A stretch of 64,000 nucleotides of DNA from an uncultured Spirochaetota bacterium (GTDB lineage Bacteria > Spirochaetota > Brevinematia > Brevinematales > JAOACQ01). The stretch's first letter is position 1. Each line of letters starts with the position of its first letter. A program made the position numbers and the translations under genes. A model generated the notes under the pieces. It did no database searches. It was given only the letters and a program-made list of their open reading frames with translations, and was not told the origin of the DNA. The DNA lies in contig CAVYGN010000002.1 of the NCBI GenBank assembly GCA_963768055.1, positions 1,216,001 to 1,280,000 of the forward strand. The letters are read 5' to 3'. Shown here in pieces: positions 19,226-29,558 of the stretch.

Positions 19226-20345
19226 TTCTGCCCGGCCTGCCTTTGTTTCTCATTCCTCAGAAATTCCAGCATATCCTTCCGGTCGATTCTTTTTGAAACA
19301 GGGTAGTATTTTGCGGTTATATAACCGTTCTCTTTCGGGAGCTGGATCCATATATCCAGATCAGTGTCCTCGACATAGTCATTTATGACAATTAACCGCT
19401 GTTTTTCAGGCGGTATCGCCAGTATAAGATTCTTCAAATGATCCAGCTTTTCTCTGTCCTTAAAATCTATTTCAATGTACTTCGTGCTATTATCTATATA
19501 TACTATATCTTTGTTGTTTTCACCCCTGAGTAATTCAAGGGCTTTCTCCTTAGGCAAATTCAAAGCCTCAGGGTGTTTTGTGACAAAGTACTCCGAATTC
19601 ATGTTATACCCGGGGATATTTTCTTTCTTGATTACAAGATCGCTTCTTTCTCCATGATATTGGTGGAAGACTTCAAGTCTTGAATTCACGACAATAGGGA
19701 TTTTTTTTTCATACAACATATAACCGAAGGCAATATCTTCCACTCCCCAGCCTTTGAAATTTTCATCGAATCCGCCAGCCGCTTCGAGGAATTTTCTGGG
19801 GATGGCCATATTGCAGGTAAAGACCTGCCCCCATGGAACATGATGGCGCTGTTGTTATAGGAAGCCGATTCGTAAAAAAAATATCTGTACTCCAGGATGT
19901 CGAAATTCCGGTTATCGAAGCGATTCTTTGTGAAAATATCGCCTCTTATTATTTCCTCGTAAGTGGTCGGCGTATTTAATAAAAGCCTGTTACCTATAAC
20001 GGCAATATCATTTTTCATCGAAAAGCATCTGTTCAGTTCGGATAAATAGTCCGGCCTTACGACAATATCAGAATCGATAAATACAATTATTTCACCTGCT
20101 GACTGCTTCCAGCCATGATTCCTGCATTTGGCCCGGCATGAATCTTTGCCCCTTTCCAGATAGAAATATTTTAAATCGTAATTACGGTTAACTCCTTTTA
20201 TATATTCTCCCGAATTGTCCGTCGAGCCGTCATCTACTACGATAACCTCATAATAGCCGTAACCCGGCTGGTAGTTTAGCGCCTCAAGAGTATTTTTCAG
20301 AAGAACCCTGTTGTTATAGGTTGGAATGACGAAGCTATATTTCAT
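19222..20345 (-). pseudogene. GT2 glycosyltransferase split by a frameshift near 19835
   Basis: SFVIPTYN, VVDDGS and FIDSD in one frame; PWGQVFTCN...GGFDENFKGWGVED continues in the -1 frame. Confidence 0.85.
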
Positions 20346-20391
20346 GATTTACAAACTCCCAGTTCATTGGAATATTCACTGTTAATATATC

Positions 20392-20464
20392 AGTATAAAT
20401 TATAAAAATATCCCGGTCAATCTCTCTATAATATTTTGATTATAGTGCGGTTTTATGCTATTAT
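20392..20464. promoter_or_regulatory. Divergent sigma70 promoters (GT2 / radical SAM)
   Basis: Minus: TTGACC(20420-20415)-17-TATACT. Plus: TTGATT(20436)-17-TATTAT. Confidence 0.7.
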
Positions 20465-20513
20465 AAATCAAAGTCGGAGCTTGATATGGTTAGTATTTTC
20501 AAGGTGGAATTTT

Positions 20514-21710
20514 ATGAAAGAAGATATATTTACAGCTTTAAAGCAAAGAAACGAAGCGGCTGTTTTTGAAGTTAAAAATAAAAAAACATTTTTAATACCT
20601 AAGGAAAGTATCCGGTTCAAATGGGATCCATTTATCTGGAAACCGAAAATTGTGATAGGAACTGCTGTTATAGAAGGTGATTATCACAATTTAAGCCTGG
20701 AGTACAAAGATAGAAAAGAGGATTTTGAAGGCTGGTACAAGGAATTCCGGTTTGACCTGAAAAACCCGGATGAAGATATGATTTTTACCGTTGACAGTGA
20801 AACAAGTAGCAGAAATTTAAAGATCGAATGGTGGATCGAAACCTCTGCCCCCGATGAATACGATGCGGCGCTAAGCTGGGTTATTACCGAAAAATGCAAC
20901 CTTGATTGTGAATACTGCATCTTCCATGCGCACGGGGTTTATCATACGAATAACGAGGCTATTTCCGCCATAAGGATTGAAGATTTATTGTCAACGATTA
21001 ATAAGACCGGTAAAAAGTTTTTAATAACATTCACGGGCGGCGAACCTTTTCTTGTCCCCAATTTTCTAGAGGCTTGCCAGTGTATAAGTGAAAAACATTA
21101 TATAGGGGTGGTTTCCAATTCAGTCCATCCCGACATAAAAAAGTTTGCCGAAACGATAGATCCCGGCAAAGTAGCTAATTTTTTATCATCACTGCATATA
21201 AAAGAATTTAAAAAAAAGAACCTGACCCAAAAATATATCGATAATGTCCTGCTTTTGAAGAAGAAGGGATTTAACGTCATTTCTACAGCCGTAGCTTATC
21301 CGCCCCTTTTATCGGAGATCGTTCATTACAGGGAATATTTCACCTCCAGGGGCATCGTTTTTAATACGGCATTTTTTATAGGCGAATACGATGGCAAGGT
21401 TTATCCCGAATCTTATACTCATGAGGAAATAGAAAAGTTCGGCCTGGAAGACAGGAAAATAAATAAAATTTTATCGCGTAAAGGCATGCTGTGCAATGCC
21501 GGGTACAGCGCGTTCGCAGTATGGGGCGACGGGACAGTTATTGTTTGTTATGATGTTCCTTCAAAAAGAGGTCATATTTATAGAAATATAGATTTTGACA
21601 AATATATTATAAAATGCCCTTCGGAACAATGCTCCTGTCCATTCCCGGATAATTACAAGGCGCTGTTTAACAGGGCGATAAATGAAAAGGCGCCGGTTAA
21701 AAGCGTTTAA
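20514..21710 (+). CDS. Radical SAM protein with N-terminal 'WW' domain and twitch-like C-terminus
   Basis: CNLDCEYC, TGGEPF, LCNAG...C...CPSEQCSCP; ATG at 20514 after AAGGTGG; paralog of 18065..19225. Confidence 0.9.
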   Translation: MKEDIFTALKQRNEAAVFEVKNKKTFLIPKESIRFKWDPFIWKPKIVIGTAVIEGDYHNLSLEYKDRKEDFEGWYKEFRFDLKNPDEDMIFTVDSETSSRNLKIEWWIETSAPDEYDAALSWVITEKCNLDCEYCIFHAHGVYHTNNEAISAIRIEDLLSTINKTGKKFLITFTGGEPFLVPNFLEACQCISEKHYIGVVSNSVHPDIKKFAETIDPGKVANFLSSLHIKEFKKKNLTQKYIDNVLLLKKKGFNVISTAVAYPPLLSEIVHYREYFTSRGIVFNTAFFIGEYDGKVYPESYTHEEIEKFGLEDRKINKILSRKGMLCNAGYSAFAVWGDGTVIVCYDVPSKRGHIYRNIDFDKYIIKCPSEQCSCPFPDNYKALFNRAINEKAPVKSV

Positions 21711-21773
21711 GTATTAGTCTTTTGATAAGAAGGATATATTATTATTTAAAATCTGTATCTGGAGCTGGTAATA

Positions 21774-23453
21774 ATGAAAACGATAAAATTCGACCTGCCG
21801 AATGGATATAAGATTACCGCTATAGAAAATACAAAAACAGTGTTCGACGAAATCTGGTATGATAAAATATATGAAAGAGATTTTATCATTAAGGAGGGCA
21901 TGAATATAGTCGATATAGGCGGAAATCAGGGATTTTTTTCCTTATATGCGGCAAGTAAAGGAGCAAATGTTTTTACTTTTGAACCCGAAGAAAAAAATTA
22001 TCAGCTGTTATTGGAAAATATAAAAAATAATAATCTCGAGGGTAATATTAAGGCCTATAAATTCGCCGTAACGAACCATGAAGGTTATTTAAATTTATTT
22101 GTCCAGGATTTTAATGAATATGTTGCTTCTGCTATAGTGTCTACCTCGAAAGAATTTTTAAAAAACATCAACAGATATAATAACAGGATCGAAATTCAAA
22201 AAGCGGCTTGCATTACCTTAAATAAATTGATTGATAAAATTGGAATAAACTCCATTGACCTGTTGAAGATTGATTGCGAGGGGGCGGAACTGGATATACT
22301 GAGAAGCGCCTCAATCAAGCAGTTTAAAAAAATAAAAAATATTGTTATGGAAACCCATAGTAATTATAAGGAAAAAGACTTGCTCTTTTCAATTAAAGCT
22401 GCCGGTTTTAATATTGTATCTTATAAAAGAATTTTGAAAAAATCTCAGAACGGCTATTTGTTTGCTGAAAATAATAATATAACGGAAAGGCCATCCTGGG
22501 ATTATCCGATAGGTGTTTTAAAAGGGATTCCTTATTCTAAAATATATAAAAAAGTTACCCTCGACGCCTCAGGAAGTTTTTCTACCGCTAAAAATAGCGA
22601 TAGATTGATTTATAAATGGAAGATTGACGGTGAAGCAATAGTCAAGGCTGACAAACCTGTTTTAAAGTATTTATTCAATAAAGCCGGTATGCATAATATT
22701 GAATTGGAAGTCATAGCCAAGAACGGGAAGAGCAATAAAATCAATAAAAATTTCTGGATTATTAAAAAGTCGTATTTTAATACCGGGGAAGAAGAGATTA
22801 TACAAAATGATTATAGTGAAGACAAAATATATGCTTTTAAAGGGACAAAATATTTTTCAATTAAAATCCCTGAATCGATAAATCCAGACCTGATCGGTAT
22901 TGGAATTGAATATAAAGAGCCGAAGAATTATAGCGGCATCTTAGAATTTAATGATGATAAAAAAGAGTTAAAAAATGATTTCAATGAAATTCAGTTGTTG
23001 GATTTTCCTCCCGGACTGGAAATAAAATATTCTGTAACGGCAAATGATTTCGAAGTATTTAGAATCTTCTGGTGGTGGCGTGAATTTGAAGAGAATATAT
23101 TAATTAATCCCGAAGAAATAAATCAGGAGGCGGTTTTATTAAAGCAAAAAAACAATGCGGCCCTGTATGAAGTAAATAATAAAGAGACATTTTTAATATA
23201 CCACAAATATCTTCCAAACCGGTGGGATCCCGTATTCCGGAAACAGAAAATTGTGATAGGAATAGCAGTTATGGGCGGTGATTATCAAAATTTATATTTA
23301 GAATACAAAAATCAAAAAGAAAGTTTTGACTCCTGGTACAAAGAGTTCCGGTTTGATCTTGAGAACCCTGATGAAGATATTATTTTTATGATAATAAATG
23401 AAATAAAAAGTAATATTTTGAAGATCGAATGGTGGATAAATTTAACATCCTGA
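21774..23453 (+). CDS. FkbM family methyltransferase + PKD-like domain + two 'WW' domains
   Basis: VDIGGNQG, FEP, LLKIDCEGAE; VTLDASGSF...YKWKID PKD pattern. Confidence 0.9.
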   Translation: MKTIKFDLPNGYKITAIENTKTVFDEIWYDKIYERDFIIKEGMNIVDIGGNQGFFSLYAASKGANVFTFEPEEKNYQLLLENIKNNNLEGNIKAYKFAVTNHEGYLNLFVQDFNEYVASAIVSTSKEFLKNINRYNNRIEIQKAACITLNKLIDKIGINSIDLLKIDCEGAELDILRSASIKQFKKIKNIVMETHSNYKEKDLLFSIKAAGFNIVSYKRILKKSQNGYLFAENNNITERPSWDYPIGVLKGIPYSKIYKKVTLDASGSFSTAKNSDRLIYKWKIDGEAIVKADKPVLKYLFNKAGMHNIELEVIAKNGKSNKINKNFWIIKKSYFNTGEEEIIQNDYSEDKIYAFKGTKYFSIKIPESINPDLIGIGIEYKEPKNYSGILEFNDDKKELKNDFNEIQLLDFPPGLEIKYSVTANDFEVFRIFWWWREFEENILINPEEINQEAVLLKQKNNAALYEVNNKETFLIYHKYLPNRWDPVFRKQKIVIGIAVMGGDYQNLYLEYKNQKESFDSWYKEFRFDLENPDEDIIFMIINEIKSNILKIEWWINLTS

Positions 23454-23460
23454 GCGCCGG

Positions 23461-25095
23461 TCAAGATCGTCTTTTAAGGCAGCCGTCCGCTAAATCATAT
23501 ATAATATCCATCATCTTAAGAATATCCGCGTTGTGAGTTATCGTCAGCGAAGTTATTCCCTTTTGCCGGGTATAAAGCAAATCGGTGATCTCCTTCTCCG
23601 TCTCCCTGTCCAGAGATGCTGTAATCTCGTCAAATATATAAATAGAACTATGAAAAGCGAGGGCCCGGGCAATACCGAGCCTCTGCCGCTCACCTCCTGA
23701 TATATCCACCAATCCCTCTGCAATAGTTGTATTAATACCCGCGGGCAGCCGGGCTAAAAAATCAAAAAGCCGGACCTTTTTCATCAAATCAAGGATTTCA
23801 TCATCTTTCAAACGTTTTTTAAGATCAATATTTTCCCGCAAAGTACCCGAATAAATCGGGATATCCTGGGAAATCATGACGATGCCTTTCCTGAAACTTT
23901 CAAGATCGAATGAGGAATGCGGAACTCCATCGATAAAGATACTTCCGGATGCCGGATCGAAGAGCCTGACCAGTAAAGCGGCAATTGTCGATTTACCTGA
24001 TCCGCTTTTACCGTAAATAGCGACATTTTTTCCATAAGGTATTTCAAGGGAAACATTTTTAAGTGCAAAATGGCTTTTTTGGTAAGAAAAGCTGACATTT
24101 TTGAATTCTATCTTTTGCCTGATACCATGAAATTCAAGGTCTCCGCCTTTTTCAATATCGTCGCTCAGATAATCGTATAAACGTTTTTTTGCACTTTTTA
24201 AACCCCGCTGGGAAATAAAGATGCCGGCCAGTTCATTTAAGGGTGTTATGAACCTTTCGTTAAAAAGAAGGCAGAAAACAAGCGTACCGATCGTAACGTT
24301 TCCCCGGACGACCTCGGGGATCATGAATATAAGTATGAATAATACGGGCGACCATACCATGATGTATATTATATTCCAGAGCATATTGCTGTAAAGAGAA
24401 TTTATTTTCTTTATATAGGACATTTTTGTGAGATTTTCATCCATATTTTGAATTACTTTCGATTTTAAAAGATCGAGCTTAATTGTCTTAATGCCAGAAA
24501 AAATATCCAGAAGATTTTTCCATAATACGTCGTATTCTTTCCCGATCTCGAAAGAGGTTGTTTCGTATTTTTTCCTCCAGATAAAAACCCATCCCGTAAA
24601 GGCTATAATAAAAATAAGATACATCTCGCTGATCAATGGAGCGAAATAAAGGAAAAAAACAAGCCAGAAACCTATTTGAACGAAATTCACAACCTCCATG
24701 ATCCTTCCCGACAGTCCGTCGGCGATGATCCTGCAATCTTCCATAGCCCGTTTTACGAACTCGCTGGAATTCCGCTCGAGAAAAAATGAGTATTTGTAAT
24801 GCATAACTTCAGTCAGAAAATCTTTACGTATATTTGAAACCAGATTCCTGTTGAGAAGCGACATAGTCCGGTCCCTTACAACAGTTAAAAGGTTCGTGAT
24901 GAAAACCGCGGCTATCGAAAGAACTGCTATTAGAATAAAAAGAGAGGTGTCCGGTTTTCTGAAAAGCTGGTCATAAATGATCTTCCATAGATAAAGACCG
25001 AAGGCTATGCTGACAGCAAGCAATAAAGAGATAAAAAATATAAATAAAAGAATAAAAAATTCTTTCTCAAGATATCGTATGAGATTTTTTTTCAT
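23461..25095 (-). CDS. ABC exporter (TMD + NBD)
   Basis: GKSGSGKS, ISGGERQR, IFDE; N-terminal TM domain. Confidence 0.93.
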   Translation of the reverse strand: MKKNLIRYLEKEFFILLFIFFISLLLAVSIAFGLYLWKIIYDQLFRKPDTSLFILIAVLSIAAVFITNLLTVVRDRTMSLLNRNLVSNIRKDFLTEVMHYKYSFFLERNSSEFVKRAMEDCRIIADGLSGRIMEVVNFVQIGFWLVFFLYFAPLISEMYLIFIIAFTGWVFIWRKKYETTSFEIGKEYDVLWKNLLDIFSGIKTIKLDLLKSKVIQNMDENLTKMSYIKKINSLYSNMLWNIIYIMVWSPVLFILIFMIPEVVRGNVTIGTLVFCLLFNERFITPLNELAGIFISQRGLKSAKKRLYDYLSDDIEKGGDLEFHGIRQKIEFKNVSFSYQKSHFALKNVSLEIPYGKNVAIYGKSGSGKSTIAALLVRLFDPASGSIFIDGVPHSSFDLESFRKGIVMISQDIPIYSGTLRENIDLKKRLKDDEILDLMKKVRLFDFLARLPAGINTTIAEGLVDISGGERQRLGIARALAFHSSIYIFDEITASLDRETEKEITDLLYTRQKGITSLTITHNADILKMMDIIYDLADGCLKRRS

Positions 25096-26839
25096 ACTTG
25101 TTATATTCCTTTGATTTTAAATAAAATGTATTATAACGGCCGCCTCTTTCGAGCAACTCTTTATGGCTGCCTTCCTCTACTACCCGGCCTTCTTCGAGAA
25201 CGAATATCCTGTCGGAATTCCTGGCCAGCTCGAGCCTGTGAGAAACCTCTATGATCGTAATCCCTTTTAACCTGCGAAGAGATTGTATAGTGCGGATTAT
25301 GCTTAACTCCGTTGCCGCGTCAAGAGCGGATGTTACTTCATCCAGGATCATAACCTTATTCCCGCGGGCAAGCATCCGGGCGAGAACCACTCTCTGTTTC
25401 TCTCCGCCCGAAAGGTTCTGGCCTCTTTCCAGCATGAGTGTATTTAGACCATCGGGAAGCTGTTTTATAAGAGTATCAAGCGAAACCTGTTCGCAGATCT
25501 CGTAAATTTGTTCATCGCTTAATTGACCGTCGGGATTGATATTGGCGCGAAGGGTATCGTTCAGGATAAAAGGCTCCTGGGGGACAACGCCGATGAGCTT
25601 TCTCAGGCTTCGGGTTTGAATATTGCGGATGTCCATGCCGTTGAGGAATATACTTTTTCCCGGCGCGTTGTATAGTTTAACAAGAAGCGAGATCAGGGTC
25701 GTTTTCCCTGCGCCCGAAGATCCCACAAGCGTACAGATGCTGCCGGTCGGGATAGAAAGGCTCAAATTCCTTAAAACAAAATTATCTTCCTTTACCTTGG
25801 GCATATTTCTTTTTTTTGACTTTCGTGCCGGGTATGAAAAATTCAGCCCGGTTATTTGAAGCCCTTCGCCTAACTCATTTATGATAAAGCCGTTGGTGGA
25901 TTCTTTCTTCAATCCCAGGAATGGGCGGATCTTTTCCCTGATCGGCCATAAAAAAAAACAGGCGGCGAAAGAATCAAAAAGAGTGCTGATGGGATAGATG
26001 ATAAGCCCCGCATATACAAGGTTGGTTATTATGTAACCTGGGGTATAACGGCCGGCTAAATATCCGTAGTAAGCAAAAACAAAGAAAACGACTAAACATA
26101 ACCGGACGGGCAATGATGCTCCTATGGCAAGAAGAGATTCGAATAATGCCGTTTTTACCGCCAGACGGCGTTCCCGGGTATTCAATTCCTCAAGTTGCCT
26201 GGTCTGCTCTTTATAAAGCCCGTAGCATTTGACTTCCCTGATTTTTAAAAACAGATTGTAAAAATGCTTGAAAATATCGTCGCGCCATTTCAATGAAAGT
26301 TTGCTGTAGTATGTTGAAAGTTTACTGAATAACCGGGTCCATAAAAAATACATCAGGATTGCGGACGTAAAGAGAAGGAAAATTTTAACTTCAAAAAAAA
26401 ACAGAAGGACGCCCAGTATTATTATAAGCTGCAATGCCGACATCAAAAAACGCAGAGAGCTCAAGACAAGATCCGAAAATTTTTCCATATCCGTTCCTAC
26501 CAGACCTATAATGGAGCTCGCCGAATGCCGTAGATAAAAAGAGTACGGATAATCGAGGAATTCATCCATGGAGCTCAGGCGTATGTTACGCGCGACGCCT
26601 GTACGGACATGGAATAAAAGAAACTGGATTACTACGTTAATAGCAATAGAAAAAACGCAGATCAGGATGATGATTCCGCAGAGCCTATACAACAGCAGTT
26701 CTGAAAAGCGGGGGATCAACTCGTCAAAAATAAGCTTGAATACCAATGGGCCCAGTAAGGTTACGCCCGCATAGACAATTGAAAGAAAAAAGATCAGAAT
26801 TATTAAATATGCATATGGTTTAAGAAATCGGAAAAGCAA
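25067..26839 (-). CDS. ABC exporter (TMD + NBD)
   Basis: GSSGAGKT, LSGGEKQR, ILDE, SHRL; no peptidase domain. Confidence 0.93.
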   Translation of the reverse strand: MLFRFLKPYAYLIILIFFLSIVYAGVTLLGPLVFKLIFDELIPRFSELLLYRLCGIIILICVFSIAINVVIQFLLFHVRTGVARNIRLSSMDEFLDYPYSFYLRHSASSIIGLVGTDMEKFSDLVLSSLRFLMSALQLIIILGVLLFFFEVKIFLLFTSAILMYFLWTRLFSKLSTYYSKLSLKWRDDIFKHFYNLFLKIREVKCYGLYKEQTRQLEELNTRERRLAVKTALFESLLAIGASLPVRLCLVVFFVFAYYGYLAGRYTPGYIITNLVYAGLIIYPISTLFDSFAACFFLWPIREKIRPFLGLKKESTNGFIINELGEGLQITGLNFSYPARKSKKRNMPKVKEDNFVLRNLSLSIPTGSICTLVGSSGAGKTTLISLLVKLYNAPGKSIFLNGMDIRNIQTRSLRKLIGVVPQEPFILNDTLRANINPDGQLSDEQIYEICEQVSLDTLIKQLPDGLNTLMLERGQNLSGGEKQRVVLARMLARGNKVMILDEVTSALDAATELSIIRTIQSLRRLKGITIIEVSHRLELARNSDRIFVLEEGRVVEEGSHKELLERGGRYNTFYLKSKEYNKYEKKSHTIS

Positions 26840-26848
26840 GGGATATTC

Positions 26849-28570
26849 CTATTCAGGCCACCAGGTAACCTGGTAAACCCGTTTTTGTGGAACTTCAACC
26901 CGGAATTCCATTAAGCTTTTGATGTCATTCCCGGTAAAGCCGAACTCTTTATAACCGTCATTGAGGGGGAAAAAGCGATCCCGGAATATCATTTTTCCTT
27001 CAAGCGATTTTCCCGTTGAATCGGATGAATGCACGGAGAAACATATCTTTATGCAGGCGGGTTCCCAATCTTTAGGAAGGTCCGCCAGGCTGACAACCAG
27101 AGCGGCTTCGTCTTTTATGCGGCAGATATGAGCGATAGATTTCTCACCCATGCTGCATTTCTTTGATCTGTCGCAATCAAGCTGTATCGGAAGAACTTCT
27201 TTCGGATTTTCTTTTGCAAACCAGCGCAGCTGGACATGAAAAGAAGATTTTGACTCGAGTGAAAAGCAGATGTCGCTTTCCTTAGGGAAACCGGGGAAAA
27301 ACATCTCCTGGTAAATTTCCTTTAACTCCGTCGCATTTCCATTAAAATCAAAAAGAATGCCTGAAGGTTCAGGATTTTTTGAAAAACCGGAAAGACTTAT
27401 TCCTATTCCGATAGCGCTGTAATGCCAGAAACTGGATATATCAGGAGATGGAATGACAAAATCCTCTTTTTCACGGACATCGAACTCATATCGCTGGTTT
27501 ATAACAGATAAAGGAAAAGCATTTTTCCGGGAAAAGTAGTCTTTCGAGAAGAGCCAGATCATCTTTTCGTCGCTATCACTGGCCTCATCCCTGTTTTTTT
27601 CCTTCGGGTCGATCACCTCCAGCGATACCCGATGAGAACCTTTTTCCATATTTTCAATTGTTATAACGGGATTGGGAGTAATTTCTCCCTGCAAACCGTC
27701 TATTCCGAATATGTATTGAAGATTCCCGCTGTCGGGGTTTATTACTGAAAAGCTCTGGCTTGCGTCGGCGATTATTTCACTCCCCTGGGCAGCTGTTTGC
27801 GGCAGGTTTAAGATAGCGACGGGGTTTTTACGGCTGTTTTTGACCTTTTGGGAGGCGCGAACGGCATATAAATATCCGACAGCAAAAATGTCATTATCTC
27901 TTCTTTGAATTTTATCATAAGTAACGACATCGAATCCCATATCCTGGACGCGCCGGTAGAGCGATTTCTCAGGATAGGCTTTGTGGGTTTCCATGACGAT
28001 CCGATCGACTCCTTCAAGATCATGCGAATCGGCGCCTGAAAGAATGTTTAATTCCGACCCTTCGGTGTCGATTTTGAGAAGAGAAATCCGTGGACTGTTT
28101 ATCTTATTCAAAAATCTTTTTAAGGTCAGGGCTTTGACCTTCGTTTTTTTAATCTTAGGCCTTTTATATTCCTTGAGAACATTCAGCAAAGGAAGAGATG
28201 CGGTAATGAGCCCCGAAGAGCTTAAATCTTCGAATTCGGGAATAAAGAGCGAAATAAATCCGTCTTCTTTCGATACTGCACACTGGAAAGGAGTAACTCT
28301 ATCCGAAAGTTTATTCCTCTTTATATTCGCACATAACAGATCGTAATTAAGCTTGCCGGGTTCAACTGCATAAACGAAAGCCCCGCGGTGTGCAGCGAAA
28401 AGAGAGAAGATGCCCTGGTTCGCTCCGAGATCGATAACTATATCTCCCTCGGCGATATGGTAATCCCTCTCGTAGAAAAGATTATCCCAGATCTCTTTTA
28501 TTATAGTTTCGGTATTGGGAATTAATTCGACAGTATAGCCATTCGGTAAGGAATGTATGGTTGTCTTCAT
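26849..28570 (-). CDS. FkbM family methyltransferase + PKD-like domain + two 'WW' domains
   Basis: IDLGANQG, VEP, LLKIDTEGSE, ADASQSF; paralog of 21774..23453. Confidence 0.9.
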   Translation of the reverse strand: MKTTIHSLPNGYTVELIPNTETIIKEIWDNLFYERDYHIAEGDIVIDLGANQGIFSLFAAHRGAFVYAVEPGKLNYDLLCANIKRNKLSDRVTPFQCAVSKEDGFISLFIPEFEDLSSSGLITASLPLLNVLKEYKRPKIKKTKVKALTLKRFLNKINSPRISLLKIDTEGSELNILSGADSHDLEGVDRIVMETHKAYPEKSLYRRVQDMGFDVVTYDKIQRRDNDIFAVGYLYAVRASQKVKNSRKNPVAILNLPQTAAQGSEIIADASQSFSVINPDSGNLQYIFGIDGLQGEITPNPVITIENMEKGSHRVSLEVIDPKEKNRDEASDSDEKMIWLFSKDYFSRKNAFPLSVINQRYEFDVREKEDFVIPSPDISSFWHYSAIGIGISLSGFSKNPEPSGILFDFNGNATELKEIYQEMFFPGFPKESDICFSLESKSSFHVQLRWFAKENPKEVLPIQLDCDRSKKCSMGEKSIAHICRIKDEAALVVSLADLPKDWEPACIKICFSVHSSDSTGKSLEGKMIFRDRFFPLNDGYKEFGFTGNDIKSLMEFRVEVPQKRVYQVTWWPE

Positions 28571-28587
28571 ATTTTATACTCCATTAA

Positions 28588-29556
28588 TCAGTTTTTTGCG
28601 GGCATATTCCTGTACCAATCATCCATCGGCAGGATATCTGCCGCGTTTCCATTCCTCACTTTATCAGGCCAGAAGGGATCGGAGACTAGAGGCCGGCAAA
28701 GAGCAACTAAATCCGCATCGCCATGAACAAGAATCCCTTCCGCGCTCTCCGGGGAAGCGATCCTTCCTGCGCCTATGACCGGAATATCGAGAATTTTTTT
28801 GATGGCGGAAAAATAGGGGGCAAAGCAAGCCTCCGGCTGTGTTTTATCCGGGCATTCGGAATTTTTTGGGCTCAAAGCCGTGCCGCCGGCAGAAACATCA
28901 AGGCAGTCCAGGCCGGCCTTTTGAAGCAATAAGCTCACAACCTTAGCCTCGTCGAGGATGAAACCCCCCGGAATAAGGTCTGTGGCGCTTATACGGTAAA
29001 AGAGAGTGAAACCGGAACCCACTCTCGATTTAATCGCTTCGACTGTCTCAATTTGGATAGATGACCTGGCTTCGAGCGGGCCGTTTAAGCGGTCTTTGCG
29101 TCTGTTGATCGCCGGAGAAAGGAGGTGCATGAAAAAACTATGGTGCGCGCCATGTATCTCCATTCCCGGAAAGCCTATTTCTTTAAGCTTTTCAGCGCAC
29201 TCGGCAAATGATTCGGGAATGGCGGAAATTTGAGATTCATTCATAGTGTTCACCCAGTCTCCCACGCCTGAAAAAACCTGGGGAATGATCCAGGCTCCTT
29301 GATCGCGGCATTCCGACATCAGCCTTTGCGAAGCTTCGCGAAAGGAGGGTGTATATAAATCCGAAAATCCGCCCGGAGTCGGCACAGGCATAACGATAAG
29401 ACCGGTTCCTCCCCTGGCGCGTTTTATATAGAACTCCCTGAATTCTTCGGACTGCGCCGGAATATTCAGGTATACCGGAGCGAACACGATCCGGTTGGAT
29501 AATTCAAAGCCGTCCCGAAGCTTGAAAGATGAAAAAAGCCGCCCATTTGTTTCCAA
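28588..29556 (-). CDS. Old yellow enzyme-family NADH:flavin oxidoreductase (atypical)
   Basis: NRIVFAP, RARGGTGLI, EIHGAH, NRRKD, ADLVALCRPLVSDP. Confidence 0.88.
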   Translation of the reverse strand: METNGRLFSSFKLRDGFELSNRIVFAPVYLNIPAQSEEFREFYIKRARGGTGLIVMPVPTPGGFSDLYTPSFREASQRLMSECRDQGAWIIPQVFSGVGDWVNTMNESQISAIPESFAECAEKLKEIGFPGMEIHGAHHSFFMHLLSPAINRRKDRLNGPLEARSSIQIETVEAIKSRVGSGFTLFYRISATDLIPGGFILDEAKVVSLLLQKAGLDCLDVSAGGTALSPKNSECPDKTQPEACFAPYFSAIKKILDIPVIGAGRIASPESAEGILVHGDADLVALCRPLVSDPFWPDKVRNGNAADILPMDDWYRNMPAKN

Positions 29557-29558
29557 AA

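Noticed and set aside
23461..26839. ABC exporters as evidence for a bacteriocin/RiPP cluster
   Set aside because: No C39 peptidase domain, no recognisable RRE/PqqD domain and no double-glycine precursor; the enzyme set points to sugar chemistry
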